Of a stretch of 64,000 nucleotides of DNA, positions 8,996 through 18,853 are shown piece after piece. Every line of letters begins with the position of its first letter. Position 1 is the first letter of the stretch. The stretch is from an uncultured Bacilli bacterium (GTDB taxonomy: Bacteria; Bacillota_I; Bacilli_A; RFN20; CAG-449). The notes below the pieces were generated by a model, which saw only the letters and a list, made by a program, of their open reading frames with translations, had not been told where the DNA came from and searched no databases. The position numbers and the translations under genes were made by a program. The stretch is taken from the NCBI GenBank assembly GCA_947591215.1, contig CANQCZ010000005.1, positions 1,630 through 65,629 of the forward strand. Reading direction: 5' to 3'.

Positions 8996-9697
8996 CTAGT
9001 TATTAAAATTTGCGCGTACTGTAATAAAATCAATTTTATTAAAATCAAGCTTCTTTAATTCGTTTTTATATTCTTTGCATGCTTGAATTAAATAATTAAA
9101 AAGTGTTTCGTCGTCTTGTAAGTCTCTATTTAAGCGTAATTTTATATTGTTGTATAGATTATTGATATTTTGCGAATTATTAATATAAATTAATAGTTGC
9201 GCCGTGTCATAGCTGTTATAACCGCAACAAAGATTTATTAAATCGTTTTTGATTGGTTCTTTAAAATTAAAATCAAATGAGTTAAAAACTGAATCATAAA
9301 ATCTTATATGTGCATGATCTATTAACTCATACATTATACAATTATTTATAATGCTTCTTTTGTCTTCATCTTTTAAATATTTTAAAAAGTCGCTTTTTTT
9401 GGTGAAATTATTTTTTGTTTCGTTCCAATATGGAAAATTTGCCCAATCTCTACGGCGTTTTTCTGCTTCAAGCGTTTTATAGTGCATTAACTCAAATTCT
9501 TTTATGTTTAGGTCTTTAAGTTTTTCTTCTTTTACACCGTAACCGATTTGATATTGTCTTAAATCATCGCCCATTTTGTACGGTGTTATTATCTTTTCGC
9601 CTCTTATTGCGCTAGCCTGATAAATGAGCCCGTTTTCTAGATCATAATAAATATGACCGTCGTTTGTCCTGTAAAGGTTTTTGCTTAATTGTTTCAT
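8996..9697 (-). CDS. Hypothetical protein, first gene of the leftward operon
   Basis: 233-aa ORF with RBS AGGAGG upstream. No recognisable motif. Confidence 0.4.
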   Translation of the reverse strand: MKQLSKNLYRTNDGHIYYDLENGLIYQASAIRGEKIITPYKMGDDLRQYQIGYGVKEEKLKDLNIKEFELMHYKTLEAEKRRRDWANFPYWNETKNNFTKKSDFLKYLKDEDKRSIINNCIMYELIDHAHIRFYDSVFNSFDFNFKEPIKNDLINLCCGYNSYDTAQLLIYINNSQNINNLYNNIKLRLNRDLQDDETLFNYLIQACKEYKNELKKLDFNKIDFITVRANFNN

Positions 9698-9730
9698 GTT
9701 TTCTTTTTCCTCCTATGATTCACAATTAAA

Positions 9731-9825
9731 TATTACGATTTCGTAATACTACTATTATTATATTACGATTTCGTAATAATTCAACATTTTTTAATATCAA
9801 AATATTACTTTTTCGTAATAATTAT
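9731..9825. promoter_or_regulatory. Operator region with two copies of the 18-bp perfect palindrome TATTACGATTTCGTAATA plus a degenerate third copy. It sits between a leftward operon and a rightward HTH gene.
   Basis: Palindrome copies at about 9733-9750 and 9762-9779. Variant aatattactttttcgtaata at about 9801-9822. A related aaatattacgatataataatattac at about 9998-10015. Confidence 0.55.
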
Positions 9826-10039
9826 TTTGTATGTCAATTCTTTTAAGTTTTGAAATGCTTTTATTTACTGTTTGGCTTGTCTGATTTGGCGGGGTGGTGG
9901 GGGATTTTGGGCACCCTATAGGGTCGGCGGGGTGAGTGCTTTTTCCACCCGAAAATATAAAAAGAGTTATTTTTATTGTTGACAATTCAAAATATTACGA
10001 TATAATAATATTACAAAATAGTAATAAAGGAGTTTATTT

Positions 10040-10294
10040 ATGAACGCTATTGAAGTCGTATTTACCTGTCTAAAAGAAAAGAATACTACACAAGAACAGT
10101 TAGCACATCTTTTAGGTTACAAATCTCAATCAGGGCTCGCTAATCGTTTAAGAGGTAATAGTTTAAGAGTAGATACTTTAGTTAAAATTCTTACAGGTCT
10201 TGGCTATACCTTAGTTGTTAAACCTTATACATTCGCTGATAAAGAAAAAGAAAACTATCATATCATTACTAATGATGAGGTAACCGAAGAATGA
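10040..10294 (+). CDS. Small HTH (XRE/Cro-like) DNA-binding protein
   Basis: QEQLAHLLGYKSQSGLANRL helix-turn-helix pattern. The stop overlaps the recombinase start. Confidence 0.5.
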   Translation: MNAIEVVFTCLKEKNTTQEQLAHLLGYKSQSGLANRLRGNSLRVDTLVKILTGLGYTLVVKPYTFADKEKENYHIITNDEVTEE

Positions 10295-10887
10295 TTTACG
10301 GATATTGTCGAGTTTCTACCAAAGGGCAAGCTTTATATGGAAACTCCCTCGAAGAGCAAAAGCAACAAATACTTTTTCAATATCCTAATGCTGAAATCAT
10401 TGTAGAAGCCTACACCGCTTATAAAGACAAACGACCATTATTTGATGAACTTATCTCTAAAGCGGTTGAGGGTGACATCATTGTTGTTACCAAACTAGAT
10501 CGATTTTGTAGAAGTGTAACTAAAGGTGTTCCAACTTTGAATGAGTTATACTCCAAAGGTGTAAAGCTTCATATCTTAAATATGGGAATTATTGAGAACA
10601 CACCTATTGGTAATTTGCTTTTTAACGTTCTACAGTCTTTCGCTCAATTTGAAAGAGATATGATCGTAGAACGTACCACTAACGGAAAAGAAATTGCTCG
10701 TATGAATCCTAATTACAAAGAGGGTAAACCTAGACTTGAAATTGATAGCGAATTATTTGAAAAGTTATATTATAAATGGAAGTCAAAAAATATTACCGCT
10801 GTTGAAGCAATGTCTCAGTTAGGACTCAAACCAAATACTTTTTATCGTCGTGTAGGTGATTTTGAACGAATGCGAGGTATAATGTAA
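10291..10887 (+). CDS. Small serine recombinase (resolvase/invertase family)
   Basis: N-terminal catalytic motif YGYCRVSTKGQ. Size 198 aa. C-terminal HTH-like tail. Confidence 0.85.
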   Translation: MIYGYCRVSTKGQALYGNSLEEQKQQILFQYPNAEIIVEAYTAYKDKRPLFDELISKAVEGDIIVVTKLDRFCRSVTKGVPTLNELYSKGVKLHILNMGIIENTPIGNLLFNVLQSFAQFERDMIVERTTNGKEIARMNPNYKEGKPRLEIDSELFEKLYYKWKSKNITAVEAMSQLGLKPNTFYRRVGDFERMRGIM

Positions 10888-11052
10888 ATGTTGGATATAA
10901 AGACTTTCAAGAAAAAGTATGATGAGCAGAAGTTCGGTAAGTCAAAACCTGTAGATGTTAAGAAACCACTTAAACCTAAGAAAGAGGATCCAAAGGATAA
11001 AGGTTTAACTTATGAGGAAATAGATAACTTCTCATTATTTGATGACGATTAG
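10888..11052 (+). CDS. Small Lys-rich hypothetical protein (54 aa)
   Basis: ATG overlaps the recombinase stop (ATGTAAATG). Not in the supplied ORF track because it is under 60 aa. Confidence 0.25.
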   Translation: MLDIKTFKKKYDEQKFGKSKPVDVKKPLKPKKEDPKDKGLTYEEIDNFSLFDDD

Positions 11053-11128
11053 ATAAACGGATCTAATTCAGAAGCAAAAGGGCTTATGTAAAAACATAGG
11101 TTCTTTTTTATTTTTGGGAGGTAAACGA

Positions 11129-12805
11129 ATGACAGAAAAAGAAATCTTAGATTATAATTTAGCAATTATTAAAATTTTTATTTTATTAGATCAAGACTTT
11201 TGTGACACAACAAAGTTGATAGAGTGTTATACCTTGATTAAAACTATTATTCCTCATGAAGTAAAGCAAGGACTTTATTATTCTACAAAACTCAAATCAT
11301 ATATAAGTCGAGCTATAAAAAAAGATTATGACGTTATAAACTTAGTAGGATTAAAAGATAAATTATTGTTACTTGAAAGTCACTACTCTTTTGATAGTTA
11401 CATGCAATGCTTGGAATCGAATCGACCACTTAAAGAACGTTTTTATTTACCTAGACGCAAACAATTATTTAGTATTGTAAATGATATTCAAAAACTCGTT
11501 GATGATGAACTAGACGAACTATTTATTAGTATGCCACCTAGAACAGGAAAAACGACTTTAATTTTATTTTTTGTGACATGGATTATTGGTAGATCTAGTG
11601 AACTTTCAAATTTATATAGTGCTTATTCTGATGTAATCACAAGTGCTTTTTATGATGGTATTTTAGAAATCATCAACGATACCTATACCTATAGGTGGCA
11701 CGATATTTTTCCAAGCTCAACTATAGCTAGCAAAGACGCTAAAGATGAAACTATCGACCTCAATCGAAGTAAACGTTATCATAGTGTGACTTGTAGATCG
11801 TTGTATGGAACATTGAATGGTGCTTGTGATTGTAACGGCTTTTTAATCGCTGATGACCTTATTGGATCCATTGAAGAAGCATTGAATCCTGACCGTTTGA
11901 TTAGTGCGTGGCAAAAAGTAGATAACAACCTTATTCCTCGTGCTAAGGAGCAAGCAAAGTTTTTGTGGATTGGTACTCGTTGGTCGGTTGCTGACCCAAT
12001 AGGAAAGAGAATCAACATGCTTTTGAGTGATCCTACTTTTTCTACTCGCCGTTACAAGATAGTCAATAGGTCTGCATTGAACGAAAATAACGAAAGTAAT
12101 TTTGAATATTTATTCGGTGTAGGTTATTCATCAATGTTCTATTTACAAAGAAAAGCGTCATTTGAAAATACAGACGACTTGCCATCATGGGACGCTCAAT
12201 ATATGGGTCAACCTATAGAAAGATCGGGACTGCTATTTAAGAGTGATGAGTTGAAATATTATAACGGAACATTACCTAGTGAAACACCTGATAGAATATT
12301 TACTGCTGTTGACGTAGCGTGGGGTGGGGGCGACTATGTTTCAGCCCCTATTCTTTATCAATTTGGCAAAGATATTTATATTCCCGATGTTGTCTTTAAT
12401 AATGGTGACAAAACTATAACTCGTCCTTTAGTTGTAAATAAAATTATAGAACATAAAATTAACGCTGTTCAAATCGAAAAAAATAATGGCGGTGATGAGT
12501 ACAAAGAGGATATTGAAGAAATGTTAGAAACGTTGGGTTATAAATGTAACATCACAAGTAAACCTGCTGTTACTACTACCAAAAAAGAAATTAGAATATT
12601 TGATCGCGCACCTGAAATACGAAATTTTTACTTTCTCGAAAAAGGAAAACGTCATGCTGAATATAACAAATTTATGGAAAATCTTTGCACGTTTACTATG
12701 GTTGGTAAAAACAAACATGATGACGCACCTGATTCATTATCTCAAGCATGTGACATGATGGATACAGCAAGTGTAAAAGTTGAGGTCATAAAAAGAAAAT
12801 TTTAG
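11129..12805 (+). CDS. Terminase large subunit
   Basis: RBS GGGAGGT, then ATG at 11129. Walker A-like PPRTGKTT. Nuclease-domain acidic motifs (WIGTRWSVADP, VDVAWGGGDY). The supplied ORF starts 15 nt earlier, at 11114. Confidence 0.8.
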   Translation: MTEKEILDYNLAIIKIFILLDQDFCDTTKLIECYTLIKTIIPHEVKQGLYYSTKLKSYISRAIKKDYDVINLVGLKDKLLLLESHYSFDSYMQCLESNRPLKERFYLPRRKQLFSIVNDIQKLVDDELDELFISMPPRTGKTTLILFFVTWIIGRSSELSNLYSAYSDVITSAFYDGILEIINDTYTYRWHDIFPSSTIASKDAKDETIDLNRSKRYHSVTCRSLYGTLNGACDCNGFLIADDLIGSIEEALNPDRLISAWQKVDNNLIPRAKEQAKFLWIGTRWSVADPIGKRINMLLSDPTFSTRRYKIVNRSALNENNESNFEYLFGVGYSSMFYLQRKASFENTDDLPSWDAQYMGQPIERSGLLFKSDELKYYNGTLPSETPDRIFTAVDVAWGGGDYVSAPILYQFGKDIYIPDVVFNNGDKTITRPLVVNKIIEHKINAVQIEKNNGGDEYKEDIEEMLETLGYKCNITSKPAVTTTKKEIRIFDRAPEIRNFYFLEKGKRHAEYNKFMENLCTFTMVGKNKHDDAPDSLSQACDMMDTASVKVEVIKRKF

Positions 12806-12863
12806 AAAAAGTTGGGAGTAAAAATTTTATGGTTTAGAATTTGCTTTAGAAAGGTGTGATTGT

Positions 12864-14312
12864 ATGGCGGAGGACGTTTTAAAAGATAAGTATTATGAAC
12901 GTATGACTTTCGGTAGAAAGCTTCTTTTGTCTGCATACACCTTTTGTGATCGAACAAATATTTTAGAAATTCTTGATAAAGTTAAGGCTACATATTTCAC
13001 AAATAAAACTGAAATTGATTATTTGATGAAGTATTATCGTGGTAAACAACCTATTTTACAACGTGAAAAGCCTGTAAGACCTGAGATTAACAATAAAATT
13101 GTTGTTAATCGCGCCAATGAAATTGTTGCCTTTAAAACAGGTTATTTATTAGGTGAACCGATACAATATATTTCCAAGAATCCTAATCTTAATATTGAAG
13201 ATCTAAGAGTTTTTAATACTTATATGGAGTTTGAAAATAAAGAAGCTATCGACAAACAATTAGCAAACGACATGAGTATTTGTGGTACAAGCTATCGAAT
13301 GATTTTACCTGCCTATAAAGATATAGAGGAATCACCATTCAACATATATCGTTTAGATCCACGATTTACTTTAGTCGTTTATTCTACCGAAATTGGTAAT
13401 AAACCATTGCTTGGCGCGTTATGCAATCTAATAAAAGTAGTTGAAACAAAACCAAACGGAAGAAAAGAAACAAAAACGAAATATCGATATAGTATTTATA
13501 CTGAACATTGTTTCTTCGAGATTGTTGATGGTGCTATAGTACGTGAGATTCCGCATTCGTTAGGATTTATTCCTATTATCGAATATCCAAATAATGAGGC
13601 TAGACTTGGCGATTTTGAAAAGGTTATTCCACTTCTAAATGCTATTAACAAAGTACAAAGTAATCGCGTTGATGGAGTAGAACAATTTATTCAAAGTCTT
13701 ATGGTTCTTAAAAATGTTGATATAGACGAAACAACATTCAAATCACTAATAGATCTCGGAGCTATTAAGATTAAGACCAACGGAACTATTGAAGCCGACA
13801 TTAAATTTTTAACTCAAGAAATGAATCAAGATCAGGTACAAACTCTTATAGATGACCTCTATCAAACCGTTTTAACTCTTTGTGGTATGCCTAATAGAAA
13901 TGGTGGTAGTTCTACGAGTGACACAGGCACAGCTGTTATTATGCGTGATGGTTGGAGTGACGCTGAAGCAAGAGCTAAAGATACTGAGTTGATATTTAAA
14001 GGTAGTGAACGCAAGTTCTTACAAATCGCTCTTAAATGCTCGCGTGATATTAACCACATTGATATAAAATTGCGCGACATTGAAATTAAATTTACTCGTA
14101 AGAATTACGAAAATATTGTCCAAAAAACACAAGTATTAACTCAATTATTAGGCTGTGATAAGGTCGCACCTGAGTTAGCCTTTGCTTATTGTGGTCTATT
14201 CAGTGATCCAACAAGTGCTTATAAAGAAAGTCAAGAGTACATTAAATCACAAGAAGAAAAACAAGCAAAGCAAAATGAAAATCAAGAGTTACCTATTGGA
14301 GGTGATGTTTAA
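12864..14312 (+). CDS. Portal protein
   Basis: 482-aa ORF immediately after terL. Size and position are typical of a portal. Confidence 0.6.
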   Translation: MAEDVLKDKYYERMTFGRKLLLSAYTFCDRTNILEILDKVKATYFTNKTEIDYLMKYYRGKQPILQREKPVRPEINNKIVVNRANEIVAFKTGYLLGEPIQYISKNPNLNIEDLRVFNTYMEFENKEAIDKQLANDMSICGTSYRMILPAYKDIEESPFNIYRLDPRFTLVVYSTEIGNKPLLGALCNLIKVVETKPNGRKETKTKYRYSIYTEHCFFEIVDGAIVREIPHSLGFIPIIEYPNNEARLGDFEKVIPLLNAINKVQSNRVDGVEQFIQSLMVLKNVDIDETTFKSLIDLGAIKIKTNGTIEADIKFLTQEMNQDQVQTLIDDLYQTVLTLCGMPNRNGGSSTSDTGTAVIMRDGWSDAEARAKDTELIFKGSERKFLQIALKCSRDINHIDIKLRDIEIKFTRKNYENIVQKTQVLTQLLGCDKVAPELAFAYCGLFSDPTSAYKESQEYIKSQEEKQAKQNENQELPIGGDV

Positions 14313-14464
14313 TGAAAATAACATCACTCCCACCAAATATAAATCAAGTGATTATAAATATTTTAAATCGGGGAAATCAAGTTGAGATAAAATGTGAAAA
14401 AGAAAAAATTGTCGTGATAGAAATAAGACGGCAAGCAAAAATAAAAGTTACTGCAAATGGGTAG
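14312..14464 (+). CDS. Small hypothetical protein (50 aa)
   Basis: ATG overlaps the portal stop. ORF MKITSLPPNINQVIINILNRGNQVEIKCEKEKIVVIEIRRQAKIKVTANG. Not in the supplied track. Confidence 0.25.
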   Translation: MKITSLPPNINQVIINILNRGNQVEIKCEKEKIVVIEIRRQAKIKVTANG

Positions 14465-14636
14465 TAAATAAGGCTAAATGGGGCTATTAGAAATTTTCTA
14501 GTAGTTCCTTTTTATATTTAGACGATAGAGAAATCGTAAATCGCACTCAGCAGAGAAGCTGATTAAAAACGCAAATATAGTTAGAGAAAACTGAAATCGC
14601 AACAACAGTGAAGTTGTAAAAACACAGGAGGAAAAC

Positions 14637-15209
14637 ATGGAACAAGAAAAGTTGAAGAGTTTATTAGGTGATTCCTACAAAGATGGTATGACCGATGATG
14701 AGGCTATTGAAGTTCTTTCACAGCTTAGAGCTGATGAACTTTCAAAGTACACAAAGGATAAAGCCTCTTTTGATAAAACATCTAAAGAACTTGCCGACCT
14801 AAAGAAAAAGCAAGGCGAAAAGTTAACTGAAGAAGAAAAGCAAAGGGAGGAATTTGAACGTCTAAAAACTGAAAACGAGCGTTTAGTGCGTGAGGGTGAG
14901 ATTCGAGATCTAACTACTCGATATATGTCTCTCGGATATGATTCTAAGTTAGCTCACGAAACAGCAGAAGCTTTTGTGAACAAAGATACTGCAAAAGTTT
15001 TAACAAATCAGGAAAAGTTTAACAAAATCCGTGAGGAAGCTATTAAAGCTGATTTGTTAAAAAAGACACCACGACCTGATCCAAGTAATCCTGATGATAC
15101 AGGAACAGTTACAAAAGAACAATTTGACAGAATGACACTAAGTCAAAGGACGGAACTTTATCAAAAAGATCCTGAGCTATACAAGCAATTAAGAAATGGA
15201 GGTAAATAA
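14637..15209 (+). CDS. Head scaffolding protein
   Basis: Acidic, coiled-coil-rich 190-aa protein between portal and capsid. RBS AGGAGG. Confidence 0.55.
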   Translation: MEQEKLKSLLGDSYKDGMTDDEAIEVLSQLRADELSKYTKDKASFDKTSKELADLKKKQGEKLTEEEKQREEFERLKTENERLVREGEIRDLTTRYMSLGYDSKLAHETAEAFVNKDTAKVLTNQEKFNKIREEAIKADLLKKTPRPDPSNPDDTGTVTKEQFDRMTLSQRTELYQKDPELYKQLRNGGK

Positions 15210-15211
15210 GT

Positions 15212-16084
15212 ATGGCAGACGAAGTTACAAAATCAACCAATGTTTTAGTTCCCGAAGTTTTAGCTGATATGTTAACAGCAAAACTCGAGGCAAAAATTCA
15301 ATTATTAAGATTTGTAGGTCTTGATAATACTTTAATCGGTACAGCAGGAGATACCGTAACATATCCTGCATGGAATTATTCTGGCGACGCAGAAGATGTC
15401 GCGGAGGGTGAGGCTGTTAGTAGCAAAACTTTATCCTATTCAAAAGTCCAAATTAAGATTAAAAAGGTCATGAAATCTATCGACCTTACCGATGAAGCAG
15501 TTTTAACAGGATATGGGCACCCTTATGATGAAGCAGCTTCCCAACTCTTAAAAGGTATTTTATCCAAAATGCAAAAAGATGTATTTGCAACAGCACTTAA
15601 ATCAAAAAACACATTTGATGGAAGCAAAAACATCATTAATTATGATGGTATTGTCGACGCCGTCGATGTTTTCGATGAAGAAATCATCAGTACAAAGGTC
15701 TTGGTTATCAATCCAAAACAATTAACTCAATTAAGACATGATCCTAACTTTTTATCCGCAGACAAATACGGTGAGGGAACAAAGGTTATGTTGACAGGTG
15801 AAGTTGGACGTATTTGTAATTGCATTATTGTTACATCTAAAGTTGCTAAATTAAACGAATCTGTCTATGAAAACGTCATTATTAAATTAGAATCTGATGA
15901 CGAAACAGAACAAGAATTAGCAGGTGTTACTATTTTGATGAAGCGTGATGTCATGATAGAGACTGCCCGCGAAGCGAAGAAAACACTTACTGCAATCGTT
16001 TCTAACGTCTTCTATGGGGTTGGATTAACTAACGAAAGTAAAGTCGTTGTTGCAAAATTTGCAAAAGACGCGTCAGGTGAATAG
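15212..16084 (+). CDS. Major capsid protein
   Basis: 290-aa ORF directly after the scaffold gene. Gene order is canonical. Confidence 0.55.
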   Translation: MADEVTKSTNVLVPEVLADMLTAKLEAKIQLLRFVGLDNTLIGTAGDTVTYPAWNYSGDAEDVAEGEAVSSKTLSYSKVQIKIKKVMKSIDLTDEAVLTGYGHPYDEAASQLLKGILSKMQKDVFATALKSKNTFDGSKNIINYDGIVDAVDVFDEEIISTKVLVINPKQLTQLRHDPNFLSADKYGEGTKVMLTGEVGRICNCIIVTSKVAKLNESVYENVIIKLESDDETEQELAGVTILMKRDVMIETAREAKKTLTAIVSNVFYGVGLTNESKVVVAKFAKDASGE

Positions 16085-16115
16085 TAGTATTTAATTTTAC
16101 GAGGGAGGTATTGAT

Positions 16116-16430
16116 ATGGACAACGTAGAAAAGAAAGAACAATTAAAAATCATTCTTAATGATTCAAGTATTGACGACAAGATCTTAGATACCTACCTTC
16201 GTATTTCAAAGCAAAAGATCTTAAATCGTCGTTTCCCATTTGATGAAAAACGCCGACAAGGTGAAGTACCTGACGAATACGAAATGTTGCAACTTGAACT
16301 TGCTTGTACATTAATCAATAAGCGAGGTGCGGAGGGTGAATCAGCACATAATGAAAATGGTGTAAGTCGTAATTATAGAACTGAAAGTGATATTCTCTTT
16401 GAAATTACACCTTTAGTTGGGGTGATATGA
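16116..16430 (+). CDS. Head-tail connector (gp6-like)
   Basis: 104-aa protein after the capsid gene. Helical adaptor sequence pattern. Confidence 0.45.
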   Translation: MDNVEKKEQLKIILNDSSIDDKILDTYLRISKQKILNRRFPFDEKRRQGEVPDEYEMLQLELACTLINKRGAEGESAHNENGVSRNYRTESDILFEITPLVGVI

Positions 16431-16801
16431 TGAGATTATTAGAAAGAAACAAAACACCCTTTAAATATTTGTCGTTAATTACTAAGACCGATGTTGTTGA
16501 TGAGTTCGGCAACATTACGGGTGAAAAGCGACTTATTTATAGTCAACCTGTAGATCTTAGAGGTCATATTTCTAAAGCCGGTGGTAAGACAAGTGTCGAA
16601 ATGTTTGGCACTAATATTAATTACGATAAAACAATTTTATTAGATATCAACGACGCGCGCGATATTGACGAAAATACAATTTTATTCATAGACAAACCTG
16701 TTGAGTATGATTCTAACAATGTTCCTTTATACGATTATAAAGTGGTAAAGATTGCTACCACTTTGAATATCACAGCTATCGCAGTTGAAAAAATACGATG
16801 A
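16427..16801 (+). CDS. Head-tail joining / head closure protein
   Basis: Overlapping small gene in the connector block. Confidence 0.4.
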   Translation: MMRLLERNKTPFKYLSLITKTDVVDEFGNITGEKRLIYSQPVDLRGHISKAGGKTSVEMFGTNINYDKTILLDINDARDIDENTILFIDKPVEYDSNNVPLYDYKVVKIATTLNITAIAVEKIR

Positions 16802-17301
16802 TAAAAATTAGTAATATTAATCGAATTATAAAGAAAATTGAATTGTTACCGAACATAAATAATCAGCAGGTAAAAACCTTTTTAGCAAAATTAGCCGAGC
16901 TTGGCGTAGATGTTGCTAGTGTAACATTTTCAACCGCGCAATATGATGGTGTGAATGACGTCGAAGTGATAAGTCAATGGATAGACGATAATACTATTCA
17001 AGTTGTGGCAAAAGGAAAAGCAGTGACATTCATTGAATTTGGTACAGGTATAACTTTTACTGAACAACACCCACTAGCAACAAAATTAGGTGCTATACGT
17101 GGTGAATATGGTAAAAAGAAAGGAAGTAAACCTAGTTGGACTTATTATGGTGAACAAGGTACTAATGGACATTTTATTCGTGAAAGTGTTAAGGGTGCCG
17201 TTTATCGAACTAAAGGTAATCCACCTGCTAGGGCAATGTATCAAGCAAGTAAAGAAATTAAAAATCAGATTTTAAAACTAAGTAGGGAGGTATTTAAATG
17301 A
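16798..17301 (+). CDS. Head-tail joining protein (gp10-like)
   Basis: Position in the connector block. Confidence 0.4.
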   Translation: MIKISNINRIIKKIELLPNINNQQVKTFLAKLAELGVDVASVTFSTAQYDGVNDVEVISQWIDDNTIQVVAKGKAVTFIEFGTGITFTEQHPLATKLGAIRGEYGKKKGSKPSWTYYGEQGTNGHFIRESVKGAVYRTKGNPPARAMYQASKEIKNQILKLSREVFK

Positions 17302-17699
17302 TTGATGTTGAAAATGAAATCTTCTCAAAGGTTGTTTCTGATTTAAAGTTAAAATATCCCAATGTTAGCTATGCAAGTGTTTTTACAAATTCCCCACCGA
17401 ATTATCCGTTTGTAAGTATTGAAGAAATAGATAACTTTATTTATGAAAGAAGTGAAGATAGTTCTAGCAATGAAAATCATGTGAGAGTTACTTATGAAAT
17501 CAATATCTATGTAAAAGATAATTCAATGAAAAAAACAGAGGCAAAAAACATTTTAAACATAGTTGATAGTTCGTTGTTAGGACTTGGTTTCTCTAGAATT
17601 AGCAAGATACCTAGTCAAGGTGATGATGAAACAATATATCGTGTTGTATTGCGATACTCGGGGGTTGTCTCAAAAAATTACGAAATATTTAGGAGGTAA
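17298..17699 (+). CDS. Tail completion / tail terminator protein
   Basis: Position immediately before the major tail gene. Confidence 0.4.
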   Translation: MIDVENEIFSKVVSDLKLKYPNVSYASVFTNSPPNYPFVSIEEIDNFIYERSEDSSSNENHVRVTYEINIYVKDNSMKKTEAKNILNIVDSSLLGLGFSRISKIPSQGDDETIYRVVLRYSGVVSKNYEIFRR

Positions 17700-17703
17700 T
17701 AAA

Positions 17704-18120
17704 ATGAATAGTTCGTCAAAACACACTTATTTATATGTTAGTGAAGATAAAACTACATGGAAAAAACTCTTTGATATCAAAGATTATCCTGATCAAGGAA
17801 ATGATCCTGAGCAATTAGAAACAACTACTTTATCTGATACTGCTCATACATATATCGAGGGTTTAGAAGCTAACGAATCTAAAGAATTTACATTAAATTA
17901 TGATCTTGAATCCTATAAATCAATTACTGAACTCAAGGGAAAAGAAATCTCTGTATGCTTGTCTTTTGGCGAAAACGGCGAGTTAGGTCAGTTTGTCTGC
18001 ACAGGTTACTTAACAGTTGGTTTCATAGGAAAAGGTGTCAATGAGGTTCGCGAAATGAAAGTAACTTTAACACCTACATCTCAGTTTGAATTGCACGAAG
18101 AAATTATTACGGTTTCTTAG
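17704..18120 (+). CDS. Major tail protein
   Basis: RBS AGGAGG, then ATG at 17704. Position before the chaperone pair. Confidence 0.45.
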   Translation: MNSSSKHTYLYVSEDKTTWKKLFDIKDYPDQGNDPEQLETTTLSDTAHTYIEGLEANESKEFTLNYDLESYKSITELKGKEISVCLSFGENGELGQFVCTGYLTVGFIGKGVNEVREMKVTLTPTSQFELHEEIITVS

Positions 18121-18146
18121 TTTTTAATCATAGGAGGATTATAGAA

Positions 18147-18479
18147 ATGGCTATAAAAATAAAACACAACGATAAAGAATATCTCTTAGAATTTAATCGC
18201 AATGCTATCGTAAAACTTGAAAGAGATGGCTTCAATATCTCACAGGTCGAAGAAAGACCTTTATCATCAATTTTGTATTTATTTAATGGAGCATTTATTA
18301 TGCACCACCCAAAAGCAACAGAAAAAGAAATTGACGAAATCTTTAGTAATATTCCCGAAGATCAACGCCCCGCATTAATGCAAGCATTGATTACGGAATA
18401 TTCAAAACCAATAGATACTTTATTTAAACCTGTAGGTGATAACACGGGAAACGTAACTTGGGAAGTCGTGAAAAAGTAG
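18147..18479 (+). CDS. Tail assembly chaperone (G-like)
   Basis: Position between the major tail and tape measure genes. It ends ...VVKK* at a slippery site. Confidence 0.6.
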   Translation: MAIKIKHNDKEYLLEFNRNAIVKLERDGFNISQVEERPLSSILYLFNGAFIMHHPKATEKEIDEIFSNIPEDQRPALMQALITEYSKPIDTLFKPVGDNTGNVTWEVVKK

Positions 18480-18850
18480 ACAAAACGACTTCCACAGAAA
18501 CAAGTTACGAGGAAATGTTTGAAACAGTATTACCTTACTATTTAAGTATTGGTATGACATGTCAACAATTTTATGAAGAGAATCCTAAGTTAGCGGTTAT
18601 ATTCCGTGAAGCTGAAAAGATAAGAACTGATAATCAAAACGAATTTTTATGGCTACAAGGCATTTATGTTCGAGACGCCTTAGCAGAAGTTTTAAATAAA
18701 TGTCTAGGTGGTAAGAAAAATATTAAATATCCGAATAAGCCTTATCCATTGACAAAAGAAGATATGGAAAAGCAAGAGGAAGAAGAACAAGCACAACGAT
18801 TAGAGAATTTTCGACAGTCGTTATTAAAACAACAGAAAGGAGGGCGTTAA
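18147..18850 (+). CDS. Tail assembly chaperone frameshift fusion (G-T-like), made by a -1 shift at 18470-18476
   Basis: ORF 18458-18850 is in the -1 frame relative to 18147-18479 and has no start codon of its own. Confidence 0.6.
18470..18476 (+). promoter_or_regulatory. Slippery heptamer G_AAA_AAG for a programmed -1 ribosomal frameshift
   Basis: GTG AAA AAG TAG in frame 0. The -1 frame continues open to 18850 as KVDKTTSTETS... Confidence 0.7.
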
Positions 18851-18853
18851 ATC

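Noticed and set aside
9797-9985. 62-aa minus-strand ORF
   Set aside because: It lies entirely within the operator/palindrome region and a G-rich stretch (ggcggggtggtggggg). It has no RBS and is more likely regulatory DNA.
11114-11128. Upstream extension MGGKR of terL, and MHRHKIINKESH of pyk (52801-52836)
   Set aside because: Better-placed ATG codons with canonical RBS spacing lie downstream (11129 and 52800). The extensions lack an RBS.
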